NCBI GenBank assembly: GCA_020184695.1
Contig: JAANOX010000256.1
Location: 124,001-188,000 of the forward strand
Direction: 5' to 3'
DNA: 64,000 bases
From: Histomonas meleagridis 2922-C6/04-290x
Lineage: Eukaryota > Protista > Parabasalia
Shown here in pieces: positions 12,950 to 24,566 of the stretch (position 1 is the first letter of the stretch; every line of letters begins with the position of its first letter). The notes beneath the pieces were generated by a model. The model was not told the DNA's origin. It did no database searches and was given only the letters and a program-made list of their open reading frames with translations. A program made the translations under genes and the position numbers.

Positions 12950-13900
12950 AATTATAACAAAATTATTCTTCGTTTCTTCTGCTCATGAACATCTTGTTGA
13001 ACTAGAAAATTACCATCATCGAATCGAAGAAAGGAATTCATCCAGCCGTCCATCTTTAGAAAAATTCTTCATTCGTATAATAAAATTATAAGATTTAGTA
13101 CTTTCCATTTGATCAATGATTTCTTTGACTAGTATGTTTGAATTTTCATTACTATGTGATTTAATTGAGTTAATAATTTCTTCTACAACGAGAATCGCTT
13201 TAAAAATAAGAAATAATAAAACGAGAATGATATGCATTTACAGAATAAGAAGTAAATGTTTGAAACATTTGAATGTTTCCGTAGAAAAAATGATGTATAA
13301 TCAATTAATTAATGAAACATTTCGTTTATTAATAAATTAATATCTTTCAGAATATGATGGTACAATTGTTTGATTAAAATTAAAATTTATTTGTAAATTT
13401 AATTCTTGTTGTTTTCTTACATCGTCATTTCAAATCATCTTTAAAATTTCACACAGATTAATCTTTTTTTTTAAACATATTTCCCAATTATTCTTTGAAA
13501 TTTTGTAATTTTTTTTAATTTTTTTTAAATGGATCAATTCTATTTATTAAATTATATCATATTACTTGATAAGGAAAATTTATATAAAATAATTTCATGA
13601 AATTTCCTATATTGTTAATTCAACATTTTTTTGAGTTAATACTTAATGATTTGTTCAAGCTTAATTAGGAATTGTGTGGAATTAGATTTAAGTTGAATGA
13701 TGTTATTTATAATGCACTTATTCAATGAATGCGACATATTTGCTTCTGAGAAGTTATCCAATAACACTTTCTCAAAGGTAAATAACCGTCGATTTTTAAT
13801 ATGTTCATCTGGTCAAATAAGAAAAAAATATAAAATCAATAAACTTGGATCATTCCAATAGGTAGTACCATATTATCACCTACTAAGAGTAATAATTAAG
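12950..13900 (-). pseudogene. Decayed DUF3447/ankyrin-family gene
   Basis: The minus strand encodes NFNFNQTIVPSYSERY*FINKRNVSLI...KCFKHLLL, paralogous to the N-terminal region of the 20689 protein, with many stops. Confidence 0.55.
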
Positions 13901-13970
13901 TTTGATAAATCATATAAATATTTAAGAAAAAAGCTTTTAAATTTTAATCAAATATGTTTGTTCTCTATTT

Positions 13971-14534
13971 TTAATCAGCGTTTTCATCATTCTCCTCTGG
14001 TTTACTTATTTCTTGAGGAGGAATATCCGATTTCTTTTCTATGATACATGCAATTGTTACACCATCAGTATTTGGCTGAACATCAGTAACTCTAACTACA
14101 ACAACATCATTTTCAGTAATGCTTTCACTTCCTCTGTACCACTTTCCTTGTTGAAATGACCAATCTTTTTTATGTTCATTTAAATCAACAGTTCCTTGGA
14201 AATAATCAAAAATTATTAAAGATAACGCAGAAGACGTTGAGTATGCAACTGTTGCAGGTAATAAGCATCCAGGATATGGTTTGAACACTAAAAATTCTGC
14301 TTGCATTTGAATATGAACAAATGGAGAATCAGCATATACAAAGCTACAAAGTTGCTTTTCGTCTTTAGAAATTGGCATAACCTTAGAAAAAGAAATGATT
14401 GTCCCTTTAAGTATTGGATCATACTTTAAAAGACGACTTGTGACCTCTAAACGTGCTGCCTTTTTAAGTTCTCCAATGTAATATTGTGCAAGGTCTACAT
14501 AAAATTTAGCAGTGATTTTTTTAAATACAGACAT
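13971..14534 (-). CDS. RNA polymerase I subunit RPA43-like (RPC25/Rpb7 fold)
   Basis: LLKYDPILKGTIISF...PFVHIQMQAEFLVFKPYPG pattern followed by an S1/OB region. Likely start MSVFKK at 14534. Confidence 0.8.
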   Translation of the reverse strand: MSVFKKITAKFYVDLAQYYIGELKKAARLEVTSRLLKYDPILKGTIISFSKVMPISKDEKQLCSFVYADSPFVHIQMQAEFLVFKPYPGCLLPATVAYSTSSALSLIIFDYFQGTVDLNEHKKDWSFQQGKWYRGSESITENDVVVVRVTDVQPNTDGVTIACIIEKKSDIPPQEISKPEENDENAD

Positions 14535-15040
14535 TTGCACGACCAAAAAATTGGAAATCAAATTGAGAGCTTTAATTTTTGCCACCAATTTTGAGTTAAA
14601 CATTATTTGCCAATACCTGGTTTTAAAAATCCACTTAATTCTTCGTTTTCGTGCTTTTAAATTGTTTGTTGCTAAAAAGATAATAATGATTATACCTCTA
14701 GTGTAGCATTAGACAGAAAGTTATCAAAAATATAATAATTTTTTTTTTATAAAAGCACTCAGTTTAAGATTTGAAAAGAAAAAGTTCTTTTAATAGGTTA
14801 ATTTTTAAGGTAATTACTAGGTAGCAACATTATGGATAAATATAAATTGTTCATCAACAAATCATTTGATTTCAAGGAATAAATAAAAGGAAATATTGTT
14901 ACAAAAGTTGTTCATCTCAATATTGAGGGCACTAAATCACTCTTAGGTAATAATTACATTTGGCATTAAATTATTTTTTTGCTTCAAGTTTCATGATCGT
15001 TTATTGATAAGAAATTGAAAGGGTTTGTTTATATATAAAA

Positions 15041-15772
15041 CTACTTCTCTTCATCCTTAGCTTCAGCCCAAATCGAAAGATTTTGTTTCATTAGCCCTAG
15101 GGTTGTCATTGCCTCTTTTTGATCTATTTCATTTAGGTTCTGAAGAATTTGTTCTGAATTATTTATTTCGTTTTCAAGCATTTCCATAGCACTTTCTGTG
15201 TTCTTGCGAATTTCGTACCTGAAGACAGCGGCGTTTAGAACAAGAGTTAAACGAACAGTATCGAAAAATGGTAAATTGGAATCGCTGATATTAAATGCTT
15301 CGATATATGCTTCTTCACCCATATTAGCAGCGGACACGGATTCTGTTTCATCAGAGTACTCTGCAACGTATCTGTAAAAATCACCTTTTAACTTTAAGAG
15401 ATAAACTGACATTTGTGGATCTTGTGCGTTTGGTATTAAAACATTATCAATAAGTCCAATAGCTTCTTTGCAAAGTGGGATTAATTTGTCACATAGTTCT
15501 TCTTTTTTCTTGAGCAAAAAAGATGCCATTTCTGTATGATTGAGCTCTTGCTCCATTTCGTAGAATGTATTAACTAACCCTAAAGAGTTTCTTAAACCAT
15601 CGATAATTTGCTTATAAACTACTTGGAAATAACCTCTTGTTTTGTTATCTAAAACAGGATTTAAATTAATAAGCTCTTTTATGGTTTCGATTGCATCACC
15701 ATTCCTCTTTTGGGTCAGATACAATGAACAAAAATAGATCAAATCTTCTTGTTGCTGAAGAAGGTCTTGCAT
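15041..15772 (-). CDS. 14-3-3 family protein
   Basis: KLKGDFYRYVAE, RLTLVLNAAVFRYEI and C-terminal MKQNLSIW motifs. Confidence 0.92.
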   Translation of the reverse strand: MQDLLQQQEDLIYFCSLYLTQKRNGDAIETIKELINLNPVLDNKTRGYFQVVYKQIIDGLRNSLGLVNTFYEMEQELNHTEMASFLLKKKEELCDKLIPLCKEAIGLIDNVLIPNAQDPQMSVYLLKLKGDFYRYVAEYSDETESVSAANMGEEAYIEAFNISDSNLPFFDTVRLTLVLNAAVFRYEIRKNTESAMEMLENEINNSEQILQNLNEIDQKEAMTTLGLMKQNLSIWAEAKDEEK

Positions 15773-16436
15773 TCGATCTTAACCTTTTTATTCTGAACCG
15801 AAAAGAAAAGAAAACTCTTTCTAGAACACCGAATTTTTGATTAATTTTTATACGAATTAAAATTATTGTTATACGCTTATTTTTATAGAATACCCTATAT
15901 TAAAAATTCGGAAATATCATATTTTTCTTGAGATATTTTTGTTTTTTGCCATCTAAAAATAAATCGTTGAAAATAAACTTATTCAACGGTTTTTATATCA
16001 AGAATAATTCATTGACTTTTGAGTTGGCGATGGAAGTTTTTCAGTATAAAACGATAGTTTACATCGTCGTAATATTCCAAGAGCAACTTCATTTCATGTT
16101 TTCAAACAATTTTCTCAATTAATAACTAACATTTTAAGCAATAACCTAATTTCAATGTTTGTCTTATTGATATTTATTAAAAAAAATCATGTTTTTGGTT
16201 ATTACAAAATTTATAATTTTTTGAAATTTAATCTTAATTTATATTTTATGAATACATTCTATTTCTTTTGTTGAAGTAATTGCAGCAATGTATGTATTTT
16301 ATCAAATTTGATTTTACCATCTATTTCGATATTAATATCTAATCGTCAATATTAAAGATTAATACATTCTCAAATTAATTTCAAATAATAAAATCGGATA
16401 TGTTTTATTCAAACAATTGTTTTATATAGGAAATAT

Positions 16437-17405
16437 TTATTTATTTTTCTTTTCAAGTTTCTTCTTTCTTATATGCGCCCTCATTTTCAAATATGTTTTG
16501 ATTGCTTGGTTTCCATCGTCTTCGCGTGCCTTTGCACGTTTTCCTTCGAACGATGATTTCTTCTGCTTTTTGTTTGGTTTCTCTTTTTTGCTCTGAATTT
16601 TTGTGTTTTCTTTTTTCTCTTTCTTCTTTTCGTTTCTTTGCGTTTTTTCTTTCATCTTTTTGGCCTTTTCGGGATTCGACCTCTGTACGATGATTGTTTC
16701 GTTTTTGAACTTCGCTTGGTTGAACTTTAACGCAAGTGGAACTGAGTCTTCTTCTTGGAATGTGACGTATGCGACGCCGCGGCTTCTTCCGCGCTCATCG
16801 TGTGGGATTCTGACGTGATGTATATCGCCACATGATTTGAAAATTTCGATAACCTCCTCTTCGGTGGCATCAAATGGTACATGGCCAATAAATACTGTCC
16901 GCTTGTTTGTGTCTTTGTCGATTTTAGACTTCTCTCCGGCAGCTTTGGCATGATCAGCTCGTAAAACATGATCAAAATGTGTAGAGCCATTGATTTTATT
17001 GATATACTCATCTATGTTGTCATTGGATTTTAGAACAACATAAGCTGAACAGGTACCTGCTTGATTAATTTCATGTCGACGAACAGCTACCTTACGAGAA
17101 AGTTTAGATTTGGTGTCAATTGGAATGTTTCGAATTCGAATTGATTCAACAATACTTGTTGGTGTAAATAATTTTTTGATTTCTTGGGATTTGATACTAG
17201 CTGGCAAGTTTCCAATAAAAACTGTTCGTGTTAAACGTTCTGCTTCATCAACTTGATTCAAAACCATTCCATGTTTGAAACCTCTTTGATCTTCTTCTAT
17301 TAAATCTGGTTCAACTTCTAATGTTTCTTTCCCTAAAAATCTATCTAATAATTTTGATGGGTTACTTGTTGCGAAAAAATCATCAAGAGAATCTTTTTCG
17401 CTCAT
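16437..17405 (-). CDS. Two-RRM nucleolar protein (RBM34/Nop12-like)
   Basis: RTVFIGNL...IVESIRIR and RTVFIGHVPF...RGVAYVTF RRMs, with a Lys-rich tail. Confidence 0.85.
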   Translation of the reverse strand: MSEKDSLDDFFATSNPSKLLDRFLGKETLEVEPDLIEEDQRGFKHGMVLNQVDEAERLTRTVFIGNLPASIKSQEIKKLFTPTSIVESIRIRNIPIDTKSKLSRKVAVRRHEINQAGTCSAYVVLKSNDNIDEYINKINGSTHFDHVLRADHAKAAGEKSKIDKDTNKRTVFIGHVPFDATEEEVIEIFKSCGDIHHVRIPHDERGRSRGVAYVTFQEEDSVPLALKFNQAKFKNETIIVQRSNPEKAKKMKEKTQRNEKKKEKKENTKIQSKKEKPNKKQKKSSFEGKRAKAREDDGNQAIKTYLKMRAHIRKKKLEKKNK

Positions 17406-18064
17406 CTGTTGAATTAAATTGTGTTTGGTATGGTCGAAAAGCCGTCACTTTTTGGGGCACCTTAAGTGCATTTTATGTAAAGATTTCAATTTCCTTTCCT
17501 AATGGAATTTTTTTATCATAAAGAAATAATGTTATTTTCAAAATTAGTATGAGTTTGTTTATTAGACACATCTATATATTGAAGATTTCTATATTGTGAA
17601 AATGTGCTTGAGCTAATGTAGCGTTTTTGTCGTATCACCAGTGATTTATGTGATGAATGAAACAAAGAAGAAAATAAATTTGCTAAATAAAAATTGTTTG
17701 ATGAAAAATGTGTTTTAATGTTTATATATTTAAATGCGCAAAAATGTAATTTATATAATAATTAATATTGACTATTCGATGTGGATATTGTTCATTTATT
17801 TGCTAAAACAAAATGAAAACTTTATTCTTGAAAAACATTAATTTTTTTTTGCTATTCAAAAAGTCGGGCGGAATAAACCATCGGTAATTCAACAATTCGC
17901 CAATTTCCAAGCACCAAAGAAGCAGCTTTCAACAGATCTTCTGGCCGAATTTTCCTCATATTTTAATGAAACATAAATGAAATTTTAGTAAAAAAAATGA
18001 TTCAGAAAATTTACATAATAAATAAACAGAATTTATTTTTAACTTTAGACGTCAATCAAAAGCA

Positions 18065-20567
18065 TTACAGACCAAGATAACATTTAAATATACTACTTTG
18101 CATAACAATCATTGTTTTGATTTCTAAATTTGCTTTAAACATAAAAAGCTTATTAATTTTTTTTGTTTTCTCTTTTTGTCTTAATGGACAAGTAGAAATA
18201 TTATGGCCAGATTTATGGCAATAACTGCAACAATGTTTTTTTAAAAAACTCGAAATAATTCTAGATGGTACAGTTGTCTGTACTCCTGGTGTCTTAATAA
18301 TCTTATTCGCATTTGGATCAACTTCAACTTTTTTACTATCGACATCTTCAAAAAATTTTCTGAAACTGTTCTTTATGTCTTCTGATTTAGAAGCAATTGA
18401 AATATAAAGAGTCAATCGATCCATCAAATTATTGAAAGACCAGTTTTCATTTGTTGGTAAATCTAGCTTTTCAATAAGTGCCTTTGTTTGATTTTTATTT
18501 ATTAATGAATGTAAAAAATATTTTTCTGGAATTTCATCAATATTTCATCTGGACCATATGTCATTATTCTTTTATATAAAATATGTACACATGGTAGATC
18601 ATCTTTGATGCAATTGCATATATCAATTTTTTCATGAGCTTTTTGTCGAATTAAAAAATTTTCGTTTTGTAACATTTGGATTATTCTTATACATTCTTCA
18701 TATCTTTTGTTGAGTATTGAAATTGCATATTCGCCTAAATCATTTTGATTATATATGTAATTTTTGACTTTTGATTGCTTAGAAGATATATTTTGTTTGA
18801 TTAAATTTTCGCATTGCTTTACAAATAAACATATAATTTCTTTTAAAGATAATCTTTTATGTTCTGTTCGCTTATTAATATTTCCGAAAAGCCCCTTATT
18901 TGTATTAGTTGTCGTATGTTTTTAGAGAATCAGGGTATTGAGAATTTTTGGATCATAATGATCAATAATATTAATTAAATTGGTAATATGCTTATTAGTT
19001 TTCGGGTAAATGCAATTAATATTTTGCAAATATCGAATATATTGATCTCTATATATTTTTTCATTAACGAAGTCCAAAAAATATTGAAGAATCTCTTTCC
19101 CTAACTTAACATTAATTTGTTTTTGAATATTTCTTCCGATATGTAATCTACAATAAACTATTGATGAAAATGAAAAAATATTATTAATTGAATTTTTTTG
19201 AGCAATTAGCCTATCGATCAGAAATACTCTAATATTGCCAATGAAATGTTTTGATGATGACATAATTTCGGTAAAATTTTCTCATCTTTTCCTGAAATTA
19301 TCGAAATGCATAAAATTTGTACTTTATTATTTTCATCAAATACTAAGAATGGCAAAATCGGGAAATCAAAGTAAATGGTGCACATGGTGTCATCAATTAC
19401 AACAATATCTTGAGCATATGCACATTCTCTAATTTTAGAATTAATTCATTATTCATTAAGAAATTTAATTTCGAAATCAAATTTCCAAAAAAAATCAAAT
19501 TCACCTTTAATCTGCTCAACATAATGTTGTAAATTTTGAATTTCATTTGACAGATATTTTTTTTTCTCTTTTCTTGTAACATTATACATTTGCTGTGGCA
19601 ACAAATTTGCGCTAATCATTTTCCTCAAACTCGTGGAAGGAATACCTTTCAATACACCTCGTCTTAAAATATCTTTTTCTTCACTTGTAATGAGTGGAAT
19701 ATGAATTTCAATATATAATCTATCTATGCTATGATTGTGATAAATGTTTTGATAATCTATGCTGTAAATAATACCATTTTTGATATAAATTTTGAATTTC
19801 GAATTACAACCAGTTTTTTTATTCGTGTGAAATTTACATATAAATTGAATATAGGATTTCTGAAACCCAGAACGATTCATCTTTGAATCTTGGCGAGAAT
19901 AAGGAATTTTGAATCTAATTAATTCATTAATAATAAATTGCTTGATTGATGGTTGAAAATTATTGATATGCTTTCTTTTCAAAATTATGATAAAATTAAT
20001 AAAACTATTTGGTGTTGGTCTAATGAAAATACCAATACATTCTAATTCCAAAATTAGCTTTTCCTCATAATTTAAACAACAATGTTCGGGAATAATCGAA
20101 ATTGAATTTGAATTATTTGAAAGATTTTTGTTTTGCAATTTGATATTATTTTGCATATGAGTTATTTTAGGTTTTTTAACTATATCATATGGAATAGATT
20201 TAGGATAATCATTTTCAAAAAATAATGCATTTAAAATTCTTGACATTAAGGTGTTTTCATACGGAATATTAAAGTCAAATAAATGAGAATTTGGATGTTC
20301 AAAAGAATGAGAATTTGGATGTTCAAAAAAATGGAAATTTGGATGTTCAAAAAAATGGAAATTTGGATGTCCAAAAAAATTAGAATTTGGATGTTCAAAA
20401 GAATGAGAACTTGGATGATCAGATATTATTGCAGCACTTTGATTCTCTACTTTGCTCATAATATATCGAATGACTTTGGCGCCAAAACAATTTATTAACA
20501 AAAGTTTTTTTGAATAGAGACCGTTTATTTGCCGTGGAAATACGATTCCAACCATTTCTTCATTCAC
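18065..20567 (-). mobile_element. Mutator-like (MULE) transposase pseudogene
   Basis: CKFH...GCNSKFKI...HNH FAR1/WRKY-like finger, IVVIDDTMCTN, IDRLIAQ...CRLH and a C-terminal CSYCHKSGHNISTC knuckle, split by stops and frameshifts. No convincing TIRs found. Confidence 0.78.
20281..20424 (-). repeat. 6 x 24-nt tandem repeat encoding (E/G/D)HPN(S/F)(H/N)(S/F/L)F octapeptides
   Basis: Unit approximately GAATGAGAATTTGGATGTTCAAAA, read directly from the sequence. Confidence 0.9.
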
Positions 20568-20688
20568 AAATCTTACAGTTTTTGAATATAACTACGATAA
20601 TTTTTTATTCATTTAAATTAAATAATTTACATCAATAAGATGCTTTGAATTTGACACTTTTTTTGAAAAATTCAAGTGTAACGATAAA

Positions 20689-23600
20689 ATGGGAAACAGT
20701 CAAGCACAGATCGAAGATCAATCCAAAAATTACTTGCAAATGTTACAAGAGATAGAGGAAATTATTTTGAATTTGAGGGAAGATAATTTAGATCAATCAA
20801 TTGATTTAACCTTAAATCTTAAAAACGCACAATTTCTGTATTCATTTAATTTTATTATTTGTCAAATAATTTATACATATTTTGTTTTTCAAAATCAATC
20901 TGTTAAAATATTTTTTGATTATTTAAAATTGCTTCAAACAAAAGAAGATGAAAATGAAGAAAGAAATAAGATAATTAATATTTTTGCTAAACTTCTAATG
21001 TATTATGAAACACAAGATTCATATTATCTTCTAGAAAAATTGCTTGAAAATAATTTAATTGACCAAAAAATAATCATGAATAAGAAATCATTATATTTTT
21101 TTGTTTACCATAAATCAGTAGATAACAAATCGAAATATGTCACACACTTTCTTAAAAATTACAACGAACTTTCAAAGAATGATTGGGAACTTCATAAGAA
21201 ATTAATTAAAGAAGGATTTAATCCGAATGAAATTGCGAAAATAATTCGAAATGATGAAATCGAGAAACTTCAAGAAATATCATCACGAACAAATTTTAAT
21301 TTTAATCAAACAATTGAACCATCACTTTATGAAAGATGTGATTTTATTAATCAATATAATATTTCATTAATTGATTATGCTGCATTTTTTTCTGCAGTTA
21401 AATGTTTCAAATATTTACTTATGAATGGAGCAAAAGTAAATAATACAGGCAAATATGCAATTGCAGGTGGAAATGAAGAAATTATTCATTTATGCGAACA
21501 AAATCATTCATCATTCGAAGATGCATATGAAACAGCAATACAATTTCATCGGAATGATATTTTTTACTATCTTTATGACAGTAAAACTATTGCAAATCGA
21601 ACTTTGGAAAAATTAGAAGAAAAATGCGTTTTATATCATAACTATAAAATTCTTTCATTTTTGATAGAAAATGGAATAAAAAATTATAGTTTATGCATTA
21701 AGGGATCAATTGAATCAGGAAATATATTTCTAATGAAATATTTTCTTCTGGAAAAAGAAAATCCAAAATTTAATTTGGAATTAATTTTATTATCTCGAAA
21801 CATAGAATTTATTATATATTCTCTTAACAAAAAATGGTCGGAAATCAATCTCTATAATTTGGTTTATTTTAATAATTTGGTATATCAAACTTTTTTTTGA
21901 AGTTTTCTTTAAATATTTTTCTTAGAATTTATTAATAACTCTAATTTTGACGAAACTGAAATTTGTATGTTCATAAACGAACAAAACCTTATTAATGATA
22001 AATTTTTTTTCTAATTTTTAAACATTATTTTGATAATTTAATGTTACGTTATAATATTTAGGAATTATTTTAATTATTTAAAATATTACTTTCATGGGCA
22101 TCTGAAAAAAATCATATAGAAATAGTTAAATTACTTCTTAAACAAAAGGGAATTAAAATTAATGAGAAAGGCATTTATCTTAATAATTTTGGAACATTTC
22201 ACAATAATATTTGGAAATTATTAAAAATATTTGATATGCCGCTTTTTAATGCAGTAAAAGAAGGTAATTTAGAAATAGTTAAATTACTTCTTAAACAAAA
22301 AGAAATTGATATTAATGCTAGAAAAATTTATTTGGTTTATTTGAAATTTATTTAAATAATTTTGGTATGCCTCAAAATAATATTTGGAAATTATTTAAAT
22401 TATATTATACAGCTTTTGAAATAGCAATCGAAAAAGGACATATAGAAATAATTAAATTATTTCTTAAACAAAAAAGACTTGATATTAATGAAAAAATTTT
22501 TACTCGTTTTATTTTGGGTTTATTTAAATAATTTAATAATATTTCAAAATAATATTTGGAAATTATTTAAATTATTTAAAAGAGCTCTTATTTATGCATC
22601 TGAAAATGGTCATATAGATATAGTTAAATTACTTCTTGAACAAGAAGGAATTGATATTAATGCTCAAGATATTTGTTTGTTTTATTTAATATTTGTTTTA
22701 ATAATTTTATATTTCAAAATAATATTTGGAAATTATTTAAATTATTTAGAACAGCACTTATATGGGCATCTTATAAAGGTCATATAGAAATAGTTAAATT
22801 ACTTCTTGAACAAGAAGGAATTGATATTAATGCTCAAGATATTTGTTTGTTTTATTTAATATTTGTTTTAATAATTTGGGATTTCATTATAATATTCGGT
22901 AATTATATAAGTTATTTGATACAGCACTTATGTATGCAATGAATTCTAATAGATATAATATAATTGATTTATTACTCAAACAAAAAGAAATCGATTTAGA
23001 TGCTAAAGATATTTATATATTATGTATGCATTTTGTTTTTTGCATTTAATGTTTTATATTAGTATTTGGAATATATTTAAAATATTTTCTACAGTTCTTA
23101 TATATTCATTGGGCTGTGATAAGGATGAAGTTATTAAATTATTGTTTCGTAGGGAAGAAGAATTTACGATCAATTATAAGGATATATATTTGTTTTATTT
23201 ATTTTTTATTTTAATAAATTTATATTTCAAAATAAAATTTGGAATATGATTAAATTATAAAGAACACCACTTATGTGTGCATCTTTGAAGGGTAATGTGG
23301 AAGCTGCACGAATACTTTTAGAACAAAAGGAAACTAATATTAATGATGTAAATGATTATTTATGTTACATAATAACTCATGTTTAATTTTGATGTTTTCC
23401 ATTATAAATTGAAGTTTTAATAAATTATTTCAGACTACACTTATATTAGCATCTATAGAAGGATTTTATGAAATGGTTAAATTACTTCTTGAACAAGAAG
23501 ATGTAAATATCAATGCTAAAGATGTTAATTTTTTAATAATAGATTATGTGAAAATATTTTTGGGTTTTTATTTGTTATTGTGTGTTAATTTAAATTAATC

Positions 23601-24179
23601 AAAACTTCACTGATATGGGCATCTGAAAAAGGACATGAAAATATTGTTGAATTACTTCTCAAACAAGAAGGAATTGACGTTAATGCTAAAGATATTTATA
23701 AGTTTTGTTTAATTTTCGTCTAATTTTTATGGTATATCATAGAAATACTTGGAAATTACCTAAATTGTTTTGGACTGCACTTATTTGGGCATCTAATAAT
23801 GGTAATATAAATATAGTAAAAAAACTTGCTAAAGATAAAAGAATTGATATCAATGCAAGAAATTTTTGTATTTATTATTTGATATTTTTTTGATTCTTTT
23901 TGGATTTCTAAATTACATTTGGAAATTATGTAAATTATTTAAAACAGCACTTATAAAAGCAGCTGAAAATGGTAAAACTACTATAGTTGCATTTCTTATA
24001 GAGCAAGATGGTATAGATATCAATGCGAGTGATGTTAAAATGCTTTATGTAATATATGTTATCAATATTTAAATTTTCAATATAAAACTTGAAATTTATT
24101 AAAATTGATTGAAACAGCTCTTACATATGCAACTAAAAAAGGTTATGATGAAATTGTAGAATTACTAGAAAATATATAA
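20689..24179 (+). CDS. DUF3447-type ankyrin-repeat protein (~13 repeats, ~856 aa after removing about 54 inferred 17-nt inserts)
   Basis: The ORF to 21900 has the DUF3447-like region. Downstream ankyrin repeats (TALIWASYKGHIEIVKLLLEQEGIDINAQD) recur mostly every 170 nt. Removing the inserts gives 2571 nt, an open frame ending at TAA 24177-24179. Confidence 0.8.
21862..24113 (+). other. 14 clusters of putative 17-nt non-GT-AG micro-introns separated by 3-nt (occasionally 6-nt) micro-exons
   Basis: Example 22671-22750: ATTTGTTTGTTTTATTT-aat-ATTTGTTTTAATAATTT-tat-ATTTCAAAATAATATTT-gga-AATTATTTAAATTATTT-aga, giving D-N-Y-G-R-T. Confidence 0.75.
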
Positions 24180-24566
24180 AGGTTAGCAAAAATGATTTTG
24201 GAATAAAAATTTAATTCAAAAAAAACACGTTTAATTTTATATAAAAATCTTTAAAATTATGATGTTATAAGTTTTTCTGCAAGAATTAGTCGTTTCCAGT
24301 TTGTATCAATAAAATTTATTTCATAAAATTTTCACTAACATTCTGCCAGAGCCAGATTTTGCTAAAAAAATGCTTTGATCGTTTTCCCCAATGATTGTGT
24401 TGAAATTGATCGGTTGCACATTCAACATTTTTGATAGCTATCGTGTTTTATCGTTCATTCAAATAACCGATATTTTGAAATAAAAAAAAGTTCTTGAAAA
24501 TGAAAAAAAAAAGTTCTGAAGAAATATTTCAGCAAAACAGTATATTTTTATTAAAAAACAATTTTT

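Noticed and set aside
17860-20540. Possible MULE terminal inverted repeats (GGCGGAATAAACC versus CGTTTATTTGCCG)
   Set aside because: The match is too short and mismatched, and no target-site duplication was found.
21862-24113. Reading each 68-80 nt gap as one conventional intron, one ribosomal hop or a -1 frameshift
   Set aside because: There are no consistent GT-AG ends, several gaps have stops in both flanking frames, and single-block deletion cannot supply the conserved Gly that the 17+3 decoding recovers.
21862-24113. CRISPR-like repeat-spacer array
   Set aside because: The constant parts are ankyrin coding sequence, the genome is eukaryotic and no cas genes are present.
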